From Candidatus Kapaibacterium sp. (GTDB lineage Bacteria > Bacteroidota > Ignavibacteria > Kapaibacteriales > WFXC01), in assembly GCA_015490805.1 (NCBI GenBank), contig WFXC01000017.1, forward strand, positions 1,073 to 65,072: a stretch of DNA of 64,000 bases, given 5' to 3'. Positions 26,933 to 36,939 of this stretch are shown piece by piece. The notes below the pieces were generated by a model that worked only from the letters and a program-made list of their open reading frames with translations, did not search any database and was not told the DNA's origin. How positions within the stretch are numbered: position 1 is the first letter of the stretch; the number at the start of each line of letters is the position of its first letter. Both the position numbers and the translations under genes were made by a program.

Positions 26933-28060
26933 TTAATCAGAAAGCAAAGCTAAGAAAATTTGCTCTAACTGTTGTGCAGATTGCTCCCACGAAAACTGCT
27001 GTGCCCGCTGCCTGCCTCGCTGTATCAACTGCTGGCGCAACTGCGGATCTCGCAATACCCGTACCATTGCCCGTTGCAAATCTGCCTCATCTTCCGGGTC
27101 GATTAATATCGCTGCATCCCCTGCAACTTCAGGGAGCGCTGATCGGTTGGAACAGATGACCGGCGTTCCACTTTGCATTGCCTCCAGCACCGGTAATCCA
27201 AACCCTTCGTACAGGGAGGGATAACACAGCGCCACACTGGCAGCCAGCAACTGCCGTAAGGTCTGGTCATCGACAGTGCCCAGAAAGTGCACATCCTGGT
27301 GATACCGCATTTGCTGGTACGCCGCAAAAATTTCCTGATACCGCCACCCTTTCCGCCCAACAACCAGCAATTTCAGCGGCTTCTCTACCTGCTGCCGCAC
27401 CTGATCAAAAGCCTGAAACAACCGCACCAGATTCTTACGCGGCTGAATGGTGCCAACGGTGATAAAGTATGGAATGCCCTGCGTCCACTGCTGCCGGACT
27501 CTTGCCTGCTCTTCTTCCATCAGTGGAGCAAATTCTGCCGTGGCAGCATTGGGGATAACGGTGATTTTTTCTGGTGCAATGCTGTAATGGCGAACAATGT
27601 CGCGCCGGGTTGCCTCTGAAACTGTTACAATATGCGTTGCTTTTCGAGCATATACTGGATACCACCGCCGGTAGTACCACTGATACGACCATTTGTACGC
27701 CCGGGGATAGTACAAAAACGCCAGATCGTGAATGGTCATCACCTGCGGGATGGCAATGCGGGTACTGAGAAATCCTGCTGGCGCATAAAAGAGATCGATA
27801 CCATAGCGACGAACGAACCACGGCAGGTATGCTTCAAACCACAGCAGTTCAATAAGGGGATGACGCGCCGGGGGAAACAACCGCACAGGTTCTACATTCT
27901 CACCATAGCGAAAAGGGGCTTCCAGCGTATGATGGAGGAAAAAGATCCATCGAATTTCCGGATGGCGTGGAATAATCCGTCGAAGCAGTTCGTGTGTGAC
28001 TCTGCCAATTCCCTGCAAGAACCGCCGGCGTAATAAACGAGCATCCAGCGCAATGGTCAT
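26933..28060 (-). CDS. glycosyltransferase family 4 (GT-B, GT1/GT4-type)
   Basis: 375 aa. The C-terminal signature is YPSLYEGFGLPVLEAMQSGTPVICSNRSALPEVAGDAA. The start overlaps the ccmF stop as ATGA. Confidence 0.85.
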   Translation of the reverse strand: MTIALDARLLRRRFLQGIGRVTHELLRRIIPRHPEIRWIFFLHHTLEAPFRYGENVEPVRLFPPARHPLIELLWFEAYLPWFVRRYGIDLFYAPAGFLSTRIAIPQVMTIHDLAFLYYPRAYKWSYQWYYRRWYPVYARKATHIVTVSEATRRDIVRHYSIAPEKITVIPNAATAEFAPLMEEEQARVRQQWTQGIPYFITVGTIQPRKNLVRLFQAFDQVRQQVEKPLKLLVVGRKGWRYQEIFAAYQQMRYHQDVHFLGTVDDQTLRQLLAASVALCYPSLYEGFGLPVLEAMQSGTPVICSNRSALPEVAGDAAILIDPEDEADLQRAMVRVLRDPQLRQQLIQRGRQRAQQFSWEQSAQQLEQIFLALLSD

Positions 28061-30420
28061 TCGTGCTTTTCAACGATCGCTTCCGGCTTCTCTCTCTGTC
28101 CATTCACGCTCACTTCTGCCCATCGCTGCGGACGACGGCGAATTTCTCGCCAGCGGCGAAGGACGGCAACGAAAAATCCCAGAACGGTCAGCACAGTACC
28201 AATCCACACCAATCCAATAAGAGGCTTAATGGTAATTTCCGCTACAAAAACCTCCCTAGGTACCGATTCCGGAACATCGTACGAATAGAGTGCCAGCGAG
28301 ACTTTCGAGCGTGCCAGATTTTCCCGATCCGGAATAATTTTTTCCAGTGTTATTGCCAGGGAGGTTCCGGGAATTTTCAATTCTTCCGGTGTCCACCGCT
28401 TTCCTCGCATCGTCGACCAGACCGTCGTATCGATAGTAGTAGCCGATACCGTGTTGACCAGCCGGACCTTTGCTCCCAATCGAACGGCTGCCGCTCGCCC
28501 CTGCACTCCCTGCGCCTGGGACATATCAAATCCAACAAAATGGATTATCCACGTAGAATCGAATGGGTGCGAAGTGCTTTCTCCTTTCATCAATTGAACC
28601 ATTCGAGGTTGTCCGTGCACCTCAACGGCTTTAGGGGCAATATACAAATCGCTGCGAATGCCCCACGCGATGCCCGGTTCTAAAAATGCTGCCTCCCAGT
28701 TGTTGTAAGAGCTCCAGAACAGCACCGGTTTCAATACAAAGCGATCGGACTTTGTTCGGACCTCGATGTGATACTCATATTTTTCCCGGTCCTGTAACTC
28801 CTTTTCTACCTGCTCCTTCTGCAAAAATGTAAACTGGTACCCTCCAAATGTCTGCGGTTTTCCCTGGGGAAGTTGGAGGTGGGTTTGCTGCTGAAACTGG
28901 CTATATGCAATAACGCCAATAAAAAGGATGGCAACACCGAAATGCGAAAGATAGGCCCCAATCAACAGCGGTCGACGCCGCAGCATTTGCCACAACCACT
29001 CGACATTGACCAGCAAGGCAAGTAAAGTAGCAAACACAAATAGCAGCATAATGCTGTTCGTGAACTGCGTCACAATAGCTATTCCTCCAGTAGCAATCGC
29101 TGCTCCACCACCATACACCAGTAATTGTTTCCAGAATCGATCTGTAGGTGTTACTTTCCACCGCAACGCTAAGGACACGGCATTAACAGCCAGCAGCAAT
29201 ATTGCCAGTGGAAGCGTCATCTTGTTGTAGAACGATGGTTCAATGGCAACCTTGGGTTGACCAACAAGCTCTAAGAAAATAGGCCAACTGGTTCCCACTA
29301 AAATCACAACCGTAATTGCCAGCAAGAGAATAACTCCAACACCGATCCAGAATTCACGTGATACAGGTGTTGCCTGCAATGACTTACGCTGCCAATCTGC
29401 TCTCCGCAGCCACAGCAAGCTAATGGAAGCTCCAGCAAAGACAATCATTCCTCCAAGCAGCAGCACGTAGGCAAAATAGCCGGGATCAACAAAAGAGTGA
29501 ACAGAAGTATCTCCTAACACCCCGCTGCGGGTCAGGAACGTGGAGTAGAGCACGAACAGAAACGAAGCAACTGCCAGCAAAATATTGGTTTTAAACAGTC
29601 CACCGGTTCGCAACTGGGTCAACATTGTATGCACCAGTACCACAGCGATCAACCACGGAATCAGCGAAGAATTTTCCACCGGATCCCAGCCCCAGAAGCC
29701 ACCCCAACCGAGGGTTTCGTACGCCCAAAAGCCGCCGAGCATAATACCCAGCCCCAGCACACCGGCGGCAAACAGCACCCAGGGAAAAGCTATTTTTGTC
29801 CACCGCTGGTAATCGCGTCGCAGCAGTGCCGCCATTGCAAAGGCAAAAGGAACACCCATAGCAGCAAATCCCAGAAACAACATTGGAGGATGGATGGTAA
29901 TCCACAAATTATGCAACAGCGGATTAAGCCCCCGCCCATTCGGCGGAATCATCCCTACTTCCACACCATCGGCTGCGTATGTTTCCCACACATAGGCAAA
30001 AGGGTTTTTGGCTACCATCAGAAGGAGGAGAAAAGCCAAAATGGCACCATACCACACCATTACAGCAGCTTCTAACCGATACTTTCGTGCATACCACAGT
30101 ACTCCCATTCCGACAAACACTACCCAGAGAGCCCATAACACAAAACTCCCTTCTTGCCCCGCATATGAGCTGGCAAGCAACAGTGGAAATGATAACTCTC
30201 TCGAGGAGTGTTGCCACACGTACGTATACTCAAATCGATGATTCAGAATATTTGACACGTGCATTACTGCAATAATTCCTAGAAGTACGGAAGAAACGAA
30301 GAAAAATATCCTCCCTATCATTCTCCATTCTTCGGATCGGCGTCGTATCGACACCGAATACGTGGCAATGGATACCAAAGAAGCTGCAAACGCAAGATGT
30401 ACCAGAAACTGTCCAATCAT
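28057..30420 (-). CDS. ccmF: cytochrome c-type biogenesis heme lyase subunit CcmF
   Basis: 787 aa and polytopic. The WWD motif is WGGFWGWDPVENSSLIPW. It sits in ccm gene context. Confidence 0.9.
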   Translation of the reverse strand: MIGQFLVHLAFAASLVSIATYSVSIRRRSEEWRMIGRIFFFVSSVLLGIIAVMHVSNILNHRFEYTYVWQHSSRELSFPLLLASSYAGQEGSFVLWALWVVFVGMGVLWYARKYRLEAAVMVWYGAILAFLLLLMVAKNPFAYVWETYAADGVEVGMIPPNGRGLNPLLHNLWITIHPPMLFLGFAAMGVPFAFAMAALLRRDYQRWTKIAFPWVLFAAGVLGLGIMLGGFWAYETLGWGGFWGWDPVENSSLIPWLIAVVLVHTMLTQLRTGGLFKTNILLAVASFLFVLYSTFLTRSGVLGDTSVHSFVDPGYFAYVLLLGGMIVFAGASISLLWLRRADWQRKSLQATPVSREFWIGVGVILLLAITVVILVGTSWPIFLELVGQPKVAIEPSFYNKMTLPLAILLLAVNAVSLALRWKVTPTDRFWKQLLVYGGGAAIATGGIAIVTQFTNSIMLLFVFATLLALLVNVEWLWQMLRRRPLLIGAYLSHFGVAILFIGVIAYSQFQQQTHLQLPQGKPQTFGGYQFTFLQKEQVEKELQDREKYEYHIEVRTKSDRFVLKPVLFWSSYNNWEAAFLEPGIAWGIRSDLYIAPKAVEVHGQPRMVQLMKGESTSHPFDSTWIIHFVGFDMSQAQGVQGRAAAVRLGAKVRLVNTVSATTIDTTVWSTMRGKRWTPEELKIPGTSLAITLEKIIPDRENLARSKVSLALYSYDVPESVPREVFVAEITIKPLIGLVWIGTVLTVLGFFVAVLRRWREIRRRPQRWAEVSVNGQREKPEAIVEKHE

Positions 30421-30436
30421 TGGATCTCCCCCTTTG

Positions 30437-30817
30437 TTACATCGCCTGTTGGGTCCCCTCGTACTTTGAAGGGCACTTGGTCAGAATAGCGGTTGCCCGG
30501 AGCGTATCGCCAAGAATCTTGCCCCGAACTACGATGCTGTTTGAAAGCTCAAAATTATTGGGCTTTGCCCCCTGATAGACCACGGGAATTTCATCTCCCT
30601 GATCATCCCGAAGCACAAAATAGAATTGATCTGCCGATGCCACGTATCGATACCCCTGTTCTTTCACCCACTGCCCAGTAATTTGCATTACCTTTCCTGT
30701 TTCCCGCGCTTGCTGAATGGTGCCATATTCAATGGTACTTTCATCGAGCGCAAAATATCCCGCAATAAGAAAAGCCAGAATCGCAATGCCTCCAATCAAA
30801 AGTCGACGCTGCATCAT
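30437..30817 (-). CDS. ccmE: cytochrome c maturation heme chaperone CcmE
   Basis: The protein has a single N-terminal TM (RRLLIGGIAILAFLIAGYFAL), an OB-like body, and a C-terminal ..LTKCPSKYEG motif. The track start 30877 is GTG and would overlap ccmD, so I chose ATG 30817. Confidence 0.8.
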   Translation of the reverse strand: MMQRRLLIGGIAILAFLIAGYFALDESTIEYGTIQQARETGKVMQITGQWVKEQGYRYVASADQFYFVLRDDQGDEIPVVYQGAKPNNFELSNSIVVRGKILGDTLRATAILTKCPSKYEGTQQAM

Positions 30818-30843
30818 ACTCCCTTCATTTTTGCTTAAGCTTT

Positions 30844-30996
30844 TTAAGGACGATTGCCTCCGTGCTGTCTTGCCCACTGCTCCAGTTTTACCAGCCGGCG
30901 TTCAAGCCGCCACAGCCATCCAGCAATACCGATCCAGATCACAAGTACGATGAGAAAAACCACATAGATCGAGTATCGAACCAAAAAAGCTTCCAT
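30844..30996 (-). CDS. ccmD: CcmD-like small membrane protein
   Basis: This is an internal ATG (30996) of track ORF 30844..31122. The 50-aa product MEAFLVRYSIYVVFLIVLVIWIGIAGWLWRLERRLVKLEQ.. has one TM followed by a basic tail. Its position between ccmC and ccmE fits ccmD. Confidence 0.6.
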   Translation of the reverse strand: MEAFLVRYSIYVVFLIVLVIWIGIAGWLWRLERRLVKLEQWARQHGGNRP

Positions 30997-30997
30997 C

Positions 30998-32065
30998 TTA
31001 CCGTGTCTCCGACATTTCTTGAACTTGCTGGATTTTGTGTTGCAACGCAAGGATACCACTTCGAACTCTGAGCGAAAGAAGCCAGAAAAACAGGAGTGAA
31101 AACGAAAACATTGACAGAGCAAACACTATTTGTTTCAACGGGTGTAAAACGCCAGGCTGCGTCGACAGTATAGGACCAGCAGTCTGATCACTGGCAGAAC
31201 CTGGATGCAGCCCTTCCATCAACCGGGGCATAACGAATACCAAAAAGGGCACGGTAACAAAAGCCACAATAGCATAAATGGCAGCAATTTGAGCGCGCCG
31301 TTGTGGTTCTTCAATCGACTGCCGCAAAGCAAAATATGCAGCGTAAATCAACAACAACAAGAAAATCGATGTTTCCCGCGGATCCCAGTTCCAGAATGAT
31401 CCCCAATTAAACTTTGCCCAGATGGATCCTGTCGCGGTTGCCAGCAATGCGAACAACGTTCCTATAGACACAGCAGAAACGCTATGGATATCATCAATGA
31501 AGCGGCGGCGGCGCAGAAACAGCACTGCATACCACAAAGCGTACGCATACGCAACCACTGCTACCCACGACAGTGGCACGTGGAAAAACAGATTCCGTGC
31601 CCGTTCCTCCAATCCAGGAATAAAAGGCAGCGCCAGAATCGGATCGGCAGCAACAATCCCCCGTACTACAAACTGCTGATCATTCTTCCACCGCTGCACT
31701 GCCAGGATCACCACGGATGCATCTTTCGGTACGGAGAAGCCTGGGGGAATCACCACCATTGCTGTTGTCGGTGGAATTGCCCGATCGGTCATTGGGACTA
31801 CCAGCGTATCGCCACTGGCAACAGCCGCATCCCAATCCAGTGTTCCCGCAACCGGGACATACAATTCGGGATTCACCTGTCGCCACGTGATCACCGCATC
31901 ACGAAATGTGCCGCTCAGCGGTGGCAGCAGTCCCAGCGCAATCGTCAATCCCATTCCTCCAATACACAAAGCCATCCACCATCGAGGGCGGGAACGATGG
32001 ACAGCAGGCACCAATCCAACGATGACCCCGCCGACCACCCCCAGGCTAATCAGAATCGCTTTCAT
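30998..32065 (-). CDS. ccmC: heme exporter protein CcmC with ~125-aa N-terminal extension
   Basis: The WWD motif is WGSFWNWDPRETS, followed by conserved His-containing TM segments. At 355 aa it is about 100 aa longer than proteobacterial CcmC as I remember it. Confidence 0.85.
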   Translation of the reverse strand: MKAILISLGVVGGVIVGLVPAVHRSRPRWWMALCIGGMGLTIALGLLPPLSGTFRDAVITWRQVNPELYVPVAGTLDWDAAVASGDTLVVPMTDRAIPPTTAMVVIPPGFSVPKDASVVILAVQRWKNDQQFVVRGIVAADPILALPFIPGLEERARNLFFHVPLSWVAVVAYAYALWYAVLFLRRRRFIDDIHSVSAVSIGTLFALLATATGSIWAKFNWGSFWNWDPRETSIFLLLLIYAAYFALRQSIEEPQRRAQIAAIYAIVAFVTVPFLVFVMPRLMEGLHPGSASDQTAGPILSTQPGVLHPLKQIVFALSMFSFSLLFFWLLSLRVRSGILALQHKIQQVQEMSETR

Positions 32066-32068
32066 CGG

Positions 32069-32722
32069 CTACTCTCTCCACACGTAATCAAACAACATTG
32101 CTGCAAGCGTTATGACGATCCCGGCATAAGCACCCATCAAGATCAGAGTCTGAACGTGCAATTGCTCCAACACCGCATCCAGCATTCCTTCAATGCCCAG
32201 CCGCATCAGCGGTACAAAGACCGGGAAAGCCAGCACCGGCAGTAAAGCTCCCTTCATCTGAGATCGAGCAATCAATGCAGAAAAGATCGGCACCATTGCC
32301 CCCATCAAGATGCTGCTAACACCTAAGGTTAGCCAGAACCCTGCTATTGAAGCAATCGAAACATCAAACACCAGCAGCAATAAAGCAGCAGCAATACTCA
32401 TCAGAAAGGTTATCATCCCCACCTGATACACAACCTTGCCCCAAAACACTGCATAACCGGATACCAGAGTATGGAGTAAAACCACTGTTTCCCTTTCATA
32501 TTCAGCCGCAAAGCTCCGTGCCCCCGATTGAATTGCCAGAAAAAACAGTACGATCCAGCAAAACGCTACAAACAGCTCCGGCGCAATGTTTTTTTCCATC
32601 AACGAAAACGCCAGGATCAATACAACGACGACAGTAAACAGCAACAAAGTATAAAGCAGTGAACGATTGCGAAATTCTACAACAATTTCTTTTAAAACGA
32701 CAGCTCCAATCGCCAACAACAT
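32069..32722 (-). CDS. ccmB: heme exporter protein CcmB
   Basis: The protein is a polytopic membrane protein of about 217 aa lying directly upstream of ccmC. The track start 32770 is TTG; the first ATG is 32722. The call rests on context and topology; no sharp motif was seen. Confidence 0.65.
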   Translation of the reverse strand: MLLAIGAVVLKEIVVEFRNRSLLYTLLLFTVVVVLILAFSLMEKNIAPELFVAFCWIVLFFLAIQSGARSFAAEYERETVVLLHTLVSGYAVFWGKVVYQVGMITFLMSIAAALLLLVFDVSIASIAGFWLTLGVSSILMGAMVPIFSALIARSQMKGALLPVLAFPVFVPLMRLGIEGMLDAVLEQLHVQTLILMGAYAGIVITLAAMLFDYVWRE

Positions 32723-33356
32723 CCCACCGTCTTCTCGATTTTCAGCTCCAATAACCCAATACTGCAACAAAACGTAACGTTTCCAACTTTAGCGCATACT
32801 CTCTGTTGATTTTCCAGATCTCCTACACCCTTCAGATACATCTTCTCTTGCTCCATCAGCTTTCGCAGAAGCTCTTGAAAAGATTCTTCCAACCCTCAAT
32901 GTCCGGAATCAGAGATTGAGCACCTATCAGATTCCTGTCACATTCATAATCTCCGCTGTAGATCAAAGACTCGCTTTTTTTCACTAATTGTTGCAAATGC
33001 ATTGAGCTGGTGATCACCCGCCACTTCATGAAACCGTGCTGTTAATCACTGGTATCCAATGAAATGCATCAAGGAGATACTTTGTCTACCAGCATTGTAC
33101 ATACGGTTGCCATTATTAGTTCGGAACATCAGGATTTTTTCACCTCCTGATGCGCATTGGTGAAAGCCTGCTGTCCCCATCTTTTTAGACCAAGAAATTC
33201 AGTCGTTCCCTCTGTTATGGTTTCGACTCTGTATTTGCTGAATAACCTAATTGGACAAAGCGCTGCAATTCTCCCCTTTCGTCGAGATGATGCCACTCCA
33301 GTTCAAGGGAGCATTTGGGTTGGTAAATTAACATTCATTGATCGGTGAGATCCTAA

Positions 33357-34499
33357 CTAGGGCGTCACCACCGGCTCCAGCAAGGTAATGGTGCCAGCGT
33401 CCGCATCCAGGCGGGCTAAGGTTCCCAGTGGCAGCGTCCATTTGCTGTCGATGTGCCCAATCGGTAGTCCGTAAACAACGGGAATGTCGAGCGGCTCGAA
33501 ATATTGAAGCAATACTTCCCGGAGCGTGAAGGAAAGCGGAAAAAGTCCCTGACTGGTTGCTTCACATCGCACAAATTGCCCCAGAGCGATACCCCGACAC
33601 TGTTGCAGTTTGCCCGCCAGTTGGAGCTGCATTAACATCCGATCCAGTTTGTACGGCTCTTCGGCAATCTCTTCCAGAAACAGGATTGCATCCTGGGTAT
33701 CAACTTCGTACGGTGTGCCGAGGGTGCTGACCAGCAATGTTAGATTTCCTCCAACCAACCGTCCCGTTGCCTGCCCTGATCGGATGGTCCATACCTCTTG
33801 TTTCGGCGTTAATGTCATCGGCTCCCAATCTTCCGGATATCGGGAAGCATAATCTGGCGCAAACAGGACGGTCCGCAGCCATCGGACTGTAAAAGCATCA
33901 AAAGTTGACGAAGCCACCGGACCGTGAAAGGTGACCAGGCGACTCTGCTGGTAAATGGCAACCAGCAGGGCAGTAATATCGCTGTATCCCATTATGATCT
34001 TCGGATGCTGGCGAAAAAGGGCAAAATCCAGATACGGGAAGATCCGCATAACACCATAGCCGCCCCGCGCTGCAACAATAGCACGGATGTCTTCTCGCTC
34101 CACAAATTCCATCAACTCCTGCGCTCGATCCTGATCCGGTGCCGCCAGGTACTTATGCTCCGGATAAATGTATTTACCCAGAACAACTTTCAGCCCTAAT
34201 TGCCGGAGTTTTTGAACGCCACTTCTGATACTGCTGTAATAAACACCACTGGCAGGCGCCACAATGCCCACCGTATCTCCCGGTCGCAAGGCTGGGGGTA
34301 AAAGCACACCATCGCTCCGTTGCCATAGGGGTGGTGAGGATGCAAATTTCGATTCTTCACTACCAATGCCGACTGCCCGGATCGGTTGCTTTCCCATTCC
34401 CAGCGCTGCCACACCTGCCATTATTTGCAAAAACCGTCGCCGATCCATCGCTCCTCTGCTTTTGTTCTTCCCCGACATTCTCAACCGCTTCGGCTGCAA
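33357..34499 (-). CDS. LD-carboxypeptidase (peptidase S66, muramoyltetrapeptide carboxypeptidase-like) with Tat-type signal
   Basis: A twin-arginine signal MDRRRFLQIMAGVAALG is present. The catalytic Ser motif is GYSDITAL. The C-terminal motif is LPIGHIDSKWTLPLG. The start is ambiguous (34499 or 34448). Confidence 0.8.
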   Translation of the reverse strand: MQPKRLRMSGKNKSRGAMDRRRFLQIMAGVAALGMGKQPIRAVGIGSEESKFASSPPLWQRSDGVLLPPALRPGDTVGIVAPASGVYYSSIRSGVQKLRQLGLKVVLGKYIYPEHKYLAAPDQDRAQELMEFVEREDIRAIVAARGGYGVMRIFPYLDFALFRQHPKIIMGYSDITALLVAIYQQSRLVTFHGPVASSTFDAFTVRWLRTVLFAPDYASRYPEDWEPMTLTPKQEVWTIRSGQATGRLVGGNLTLLVSTLGTPYEVDTQDAILFLEEIAEEPYKLDRMLMQLQLAGKLQQCRGIALGQFVRCEATSQGLFPLSFTLREVLLQYFEPLDIPVVYGLPIGHIDSKWTLPLGTLARLDADAGTITLLEPVVTP

Positions 34500-34523
34500 T
34501 TATAATGCCGCTGGCATACCACC

Positions 34524-36065
34524 CTACAATGGGATATTGCCGTGCTTCTTACGCGGATTATGATCCACTTTGGTCTCCAGAACCCGCAGGGCTCGGATCA
34601 AAAATGGACGGGTTCTCCGCGGCGCAATGATGTCGTCGATATAACCATACTCCGCTGCTTTAAAAGGATTGCAAAAACGTTCCGTGTACTCTGCCTCCAG
34701 TTCTTTCATCCGCTGTTCTGGATCCTCAGCAGCGGCAATTTCCTTGCGAAAGAGAATCTCCACTGCTCCTTTAGCCCCCATTACCGCAATTTCTGCTGTG
34801 GGCCAGGCAAAATTAAAATCGCCACGGATGTGCTTTGAATTCATCACGTCGTATGCTCCACCGTATGCTTTCCGCGTAATGACCGTCACTTTCGGCACCG
34901 TTGCTTCACAGAAAGCATACAGCAACTTTGCACCGTGGCGAATAATCCCGCCCCACTCCTGATCGGTGCCGGGCATAAAGCCCGGAACATCGACAAACAC
35001 GACCAGTGGAATGTTAAACGCATCGCAGAACCGGACAAACCGGGCAGCCTTGGTACTGCTGTGAATATCCAGCACTCCCGCCAGTACCATCGGCTGGTTG
35101 GCAATAATTCCGACTGGCTTTCCATCAAGCGTTGCAAAGCCAGTGATAATATTGGGCGCAAAATCTGGCTGAATTTCAAAGAACTCGCCTTCGTCAACCA
35201 CCTCATAGACGACTTGCTTCATATCGTACGGCTTGCCGGGATGGTCCGGCACAATGAAGTCCAGCAATGGACTTTCTCGATCCGGTCGGTCACGCGTCGG
35301 TAGCGTTGGCAATGGATCAGCGTTGTTGGAGGGCAAATAGCGCAGCAACGCTCGCACCTGCCGCAAACAGGTCACCTCGTCATCCGCCACCACGTGGGCA
35401 ACACCAGACTTTGTTGCGTGGGTATCTGCTCCGCCCAATTCTTCAAAGGTAACTTCTTCGTGCGTTACCGTTTTCACCACATTGGGCCCGGTTACAAACA
35501 TATAGGATGTCCCTCGAACCATAAAGATAAAGTCGGTAATGGCAGGCGAATAAACCGCACCGCCAGCGCAGGGACCCAAAATGACGGAAATCTGAGGAAT
35601 GACGCCGCTGGCAAGAGTATTGCGCAGGAAAATATCCGCGTAGCCGCCCAGCGAAACCACGCCTTCCTGGATCCGGGCACCTCCCGAATCATTGAGACCA
35701 ATCACTGGTGCTCCAATTTTCATTGCCAGATCCATAATCTTGCAAATCTTCCGCGCGTGCGCCTCCGACAGCGATCCTCCGAAGACCGTAAAATCCTGTG
35801 AAAACACACATACGGTCCGCCCATCAATTTTTCCAATCCCGGTCACAACGCCATCGCCCAGCGGACGCTGCTTATCCAGTCCAAACTCGGTACTATGATG
35901 GCGTACAAACAGATCGATCTCCTCAAAAGAACCTTCATCCAGCAACAACTGCAACCGTTCGCGGGCAGTCAATTTTCCCCGGCGATGCTGGGCTTCAATC
36001 CGCTCTTTTCCACCGCCCAGATATGCCTGTTGCCGCAATTGTTCTACCACTGCTAATCGATCCAT
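34524..36065 (-). CDS. acyl-CoA carboxylase carboxyltransferase (beta) subunit, propionyl-CoA carboxylase / methylmalonyl-CoA carboxyltransferase family
   Basis: The motifs [31 protein letters not shown] and [16 protein letters not shown] are typical of this family. I chose the internal ATG 36065 ([11 protein letters not shown]..). The track ORF extends to 36278 and would overlap the upstream gene. Confidence 0.9.
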   Translation of the reverse strand: MDRLAVVEQLRQQAYLGGGKERIEAQHRRGKLTARERLQLLLDEGSFEEIDLFVRHHSTEFGLDKQRPLGDGVVTGIGKIDGRTVCVFSQDFTVFGGSLSEAHARKICKIMDLAMKIGAPVIGLNDSGGARIQEGVVSLGGYADIFLRNTLASGVIPQISVILGPCAGGAVYSPAITDFIFMVRGTSYMFVTGPNVVKTVTHEEVTFEELGGADTHATKSGVAHVVADDEVTCLRQVRALLRYLPSNNADPLPTLPTRDRPDRESPLLDFIVPDHPGKPYDMKQVVYEVVDEGEFFEIQPDFAPNIITGFATLDGKPVGIIANQPMVLAGVLDIHSSTKAARFVRFCDAFNIPLVVFVDVPGFMPGTDQEWGGIIRHGAKLLYAFCEATVPKVTVITRKAYGGAYDVMNSKHIRGDFNFAWPTAEIAVMGAKGAVEILFRKEIAAAEDPEQRMKELEAEYTERFCNPFKAAEYGYIDDIIAPRRTRPFLIRALRVLETKVDHNPRKKHGNIPL

Positions 36066-36103
36066 CGATCCCCGTACCCCTGTTTTGCACGTCACGCTTA
36101 TAG

Positions 36104-36823
36104 TTAAAAAGCAAATCGCAGCACTTCGGTCCACCGTACGACGGTTACCACCCGATAGCCCAGATAGGTTCCCAACCCAATGAGAGTTAAGCCAGCAAAA
36201 CGGTGCAACAACTCCAAAACTCCCGGAGAGATGCGATCTCGAAGGTGAAGGAAGATTTCTGTCAAAACTGCAATCCACAACAAGACGCCCGTCCCAAAGC
36301 CAATGCTAAAGGCAAAATGCGCCATTACAGAGTGCGGGACAAATTGCATATCCTGAACAAAAACGGCTACATAGAGGAGCGATGGAATAAAGGTAGGATT
36401 TGCCAAATTTGCTAATGCTAAGATAACTCCCACTAGCAGTGGCATCGAGAACCGCTGTGTCAGTCGCTCGGCAAATTCAACCCGCCGCGGTTTTCGCCCT
36501 ATTGCCAGTCGCACTCGCCGTACTTTCAAATTGATAATGCCATACCCAATTAACAGAGCAACGGCTACCAGTTGAAACAACAGAAACCACAAGGAGTGCT
36601 GCGACACATAATGCTGAAAACTCTGAGTCAGTGCTGCGGTAAACTGCAATCCCAGAAGGACATACAAAATGTCCATCATTGCCGCTCCACTCCCCAGCAG
36701 AATACTCTGCCGTCGCTGCCCATTGAGGGCTTGCTTCATCACCGCCACCCCGATAGGACCGGGCGGAATAGACAACACAAAACCAAAGCCAACGCCAATA
36801 AGAAACGGGAATACCATTACCAT
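36104..36823 (-). CDS. LysE/RhtB family amino-acid exporter
   Basis: The N-terminus [23 protein letters not shown] is LysE-type, and the protein has about six TM segments. The internal ATG 36823 leaves a 116-bp divergent intergenic region; the track start is 36955. Confidence 0.65.
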   Translation of the reverse strand: MVMVFPFLIGVGFGFVLSIPPGPIGVAVMKQALNGQRRQSILLGSGAAMMDILYVLLGLQFTAALTQSFQHYVSQHSLWFLLFQLVAVALLIGYGIINLKVRRVRLAIGRKPRRVEFAERLTQRFSMPLLVGVILALANLANPTFIPSLLYVAVFVQDMQFVPHSVMAHFAFSIGFGTGVLLWIAVLTEIFLHLRDRISPGVLELLHRFAGLTLIGLGTYLGYRVVTVVRWTEVLRFAF

Positions 36824-36939
36824 CGCCCCATTACGGTTTACGCCCTCCGCTTGTTTTGCTTCACCTCGCCCTTTATTGCTTTTATTTTTCGTAAATTTAT
36901 GAAAATCTTCGGGATTAACCAGCAAATGGTCAAAAGTTG

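Noticed and set aside
33128-33180. A hairpin embedding AGGAGG plus a 43-codon ORF, considered as a small toxin or leader-peptide gene.
   Set aside because: The SD-to-ATG spacing is poor for the nearest ATG (13 nt). There is no recognisable family and no partner gene. It is kept only as part of the AT-rich-gap finding.
34524-36278. Longer N-terminal extents given by the ORF track for several genes: carboxyltransferase to 36278, LysE to 36955, adk from 39278, czcA from 50471, ccmE to 30877, ccmD to 31122, ispF to 8419, recN to 3797 and dsbD to 22025.
   Set aside because: The extensions start at TTG or GTG, or overlap the upstream gene. They add non-homologous-looking residues ahead of canonical N-termini. 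Internal ATGs with SD motifs or ATGA couplings fit better.
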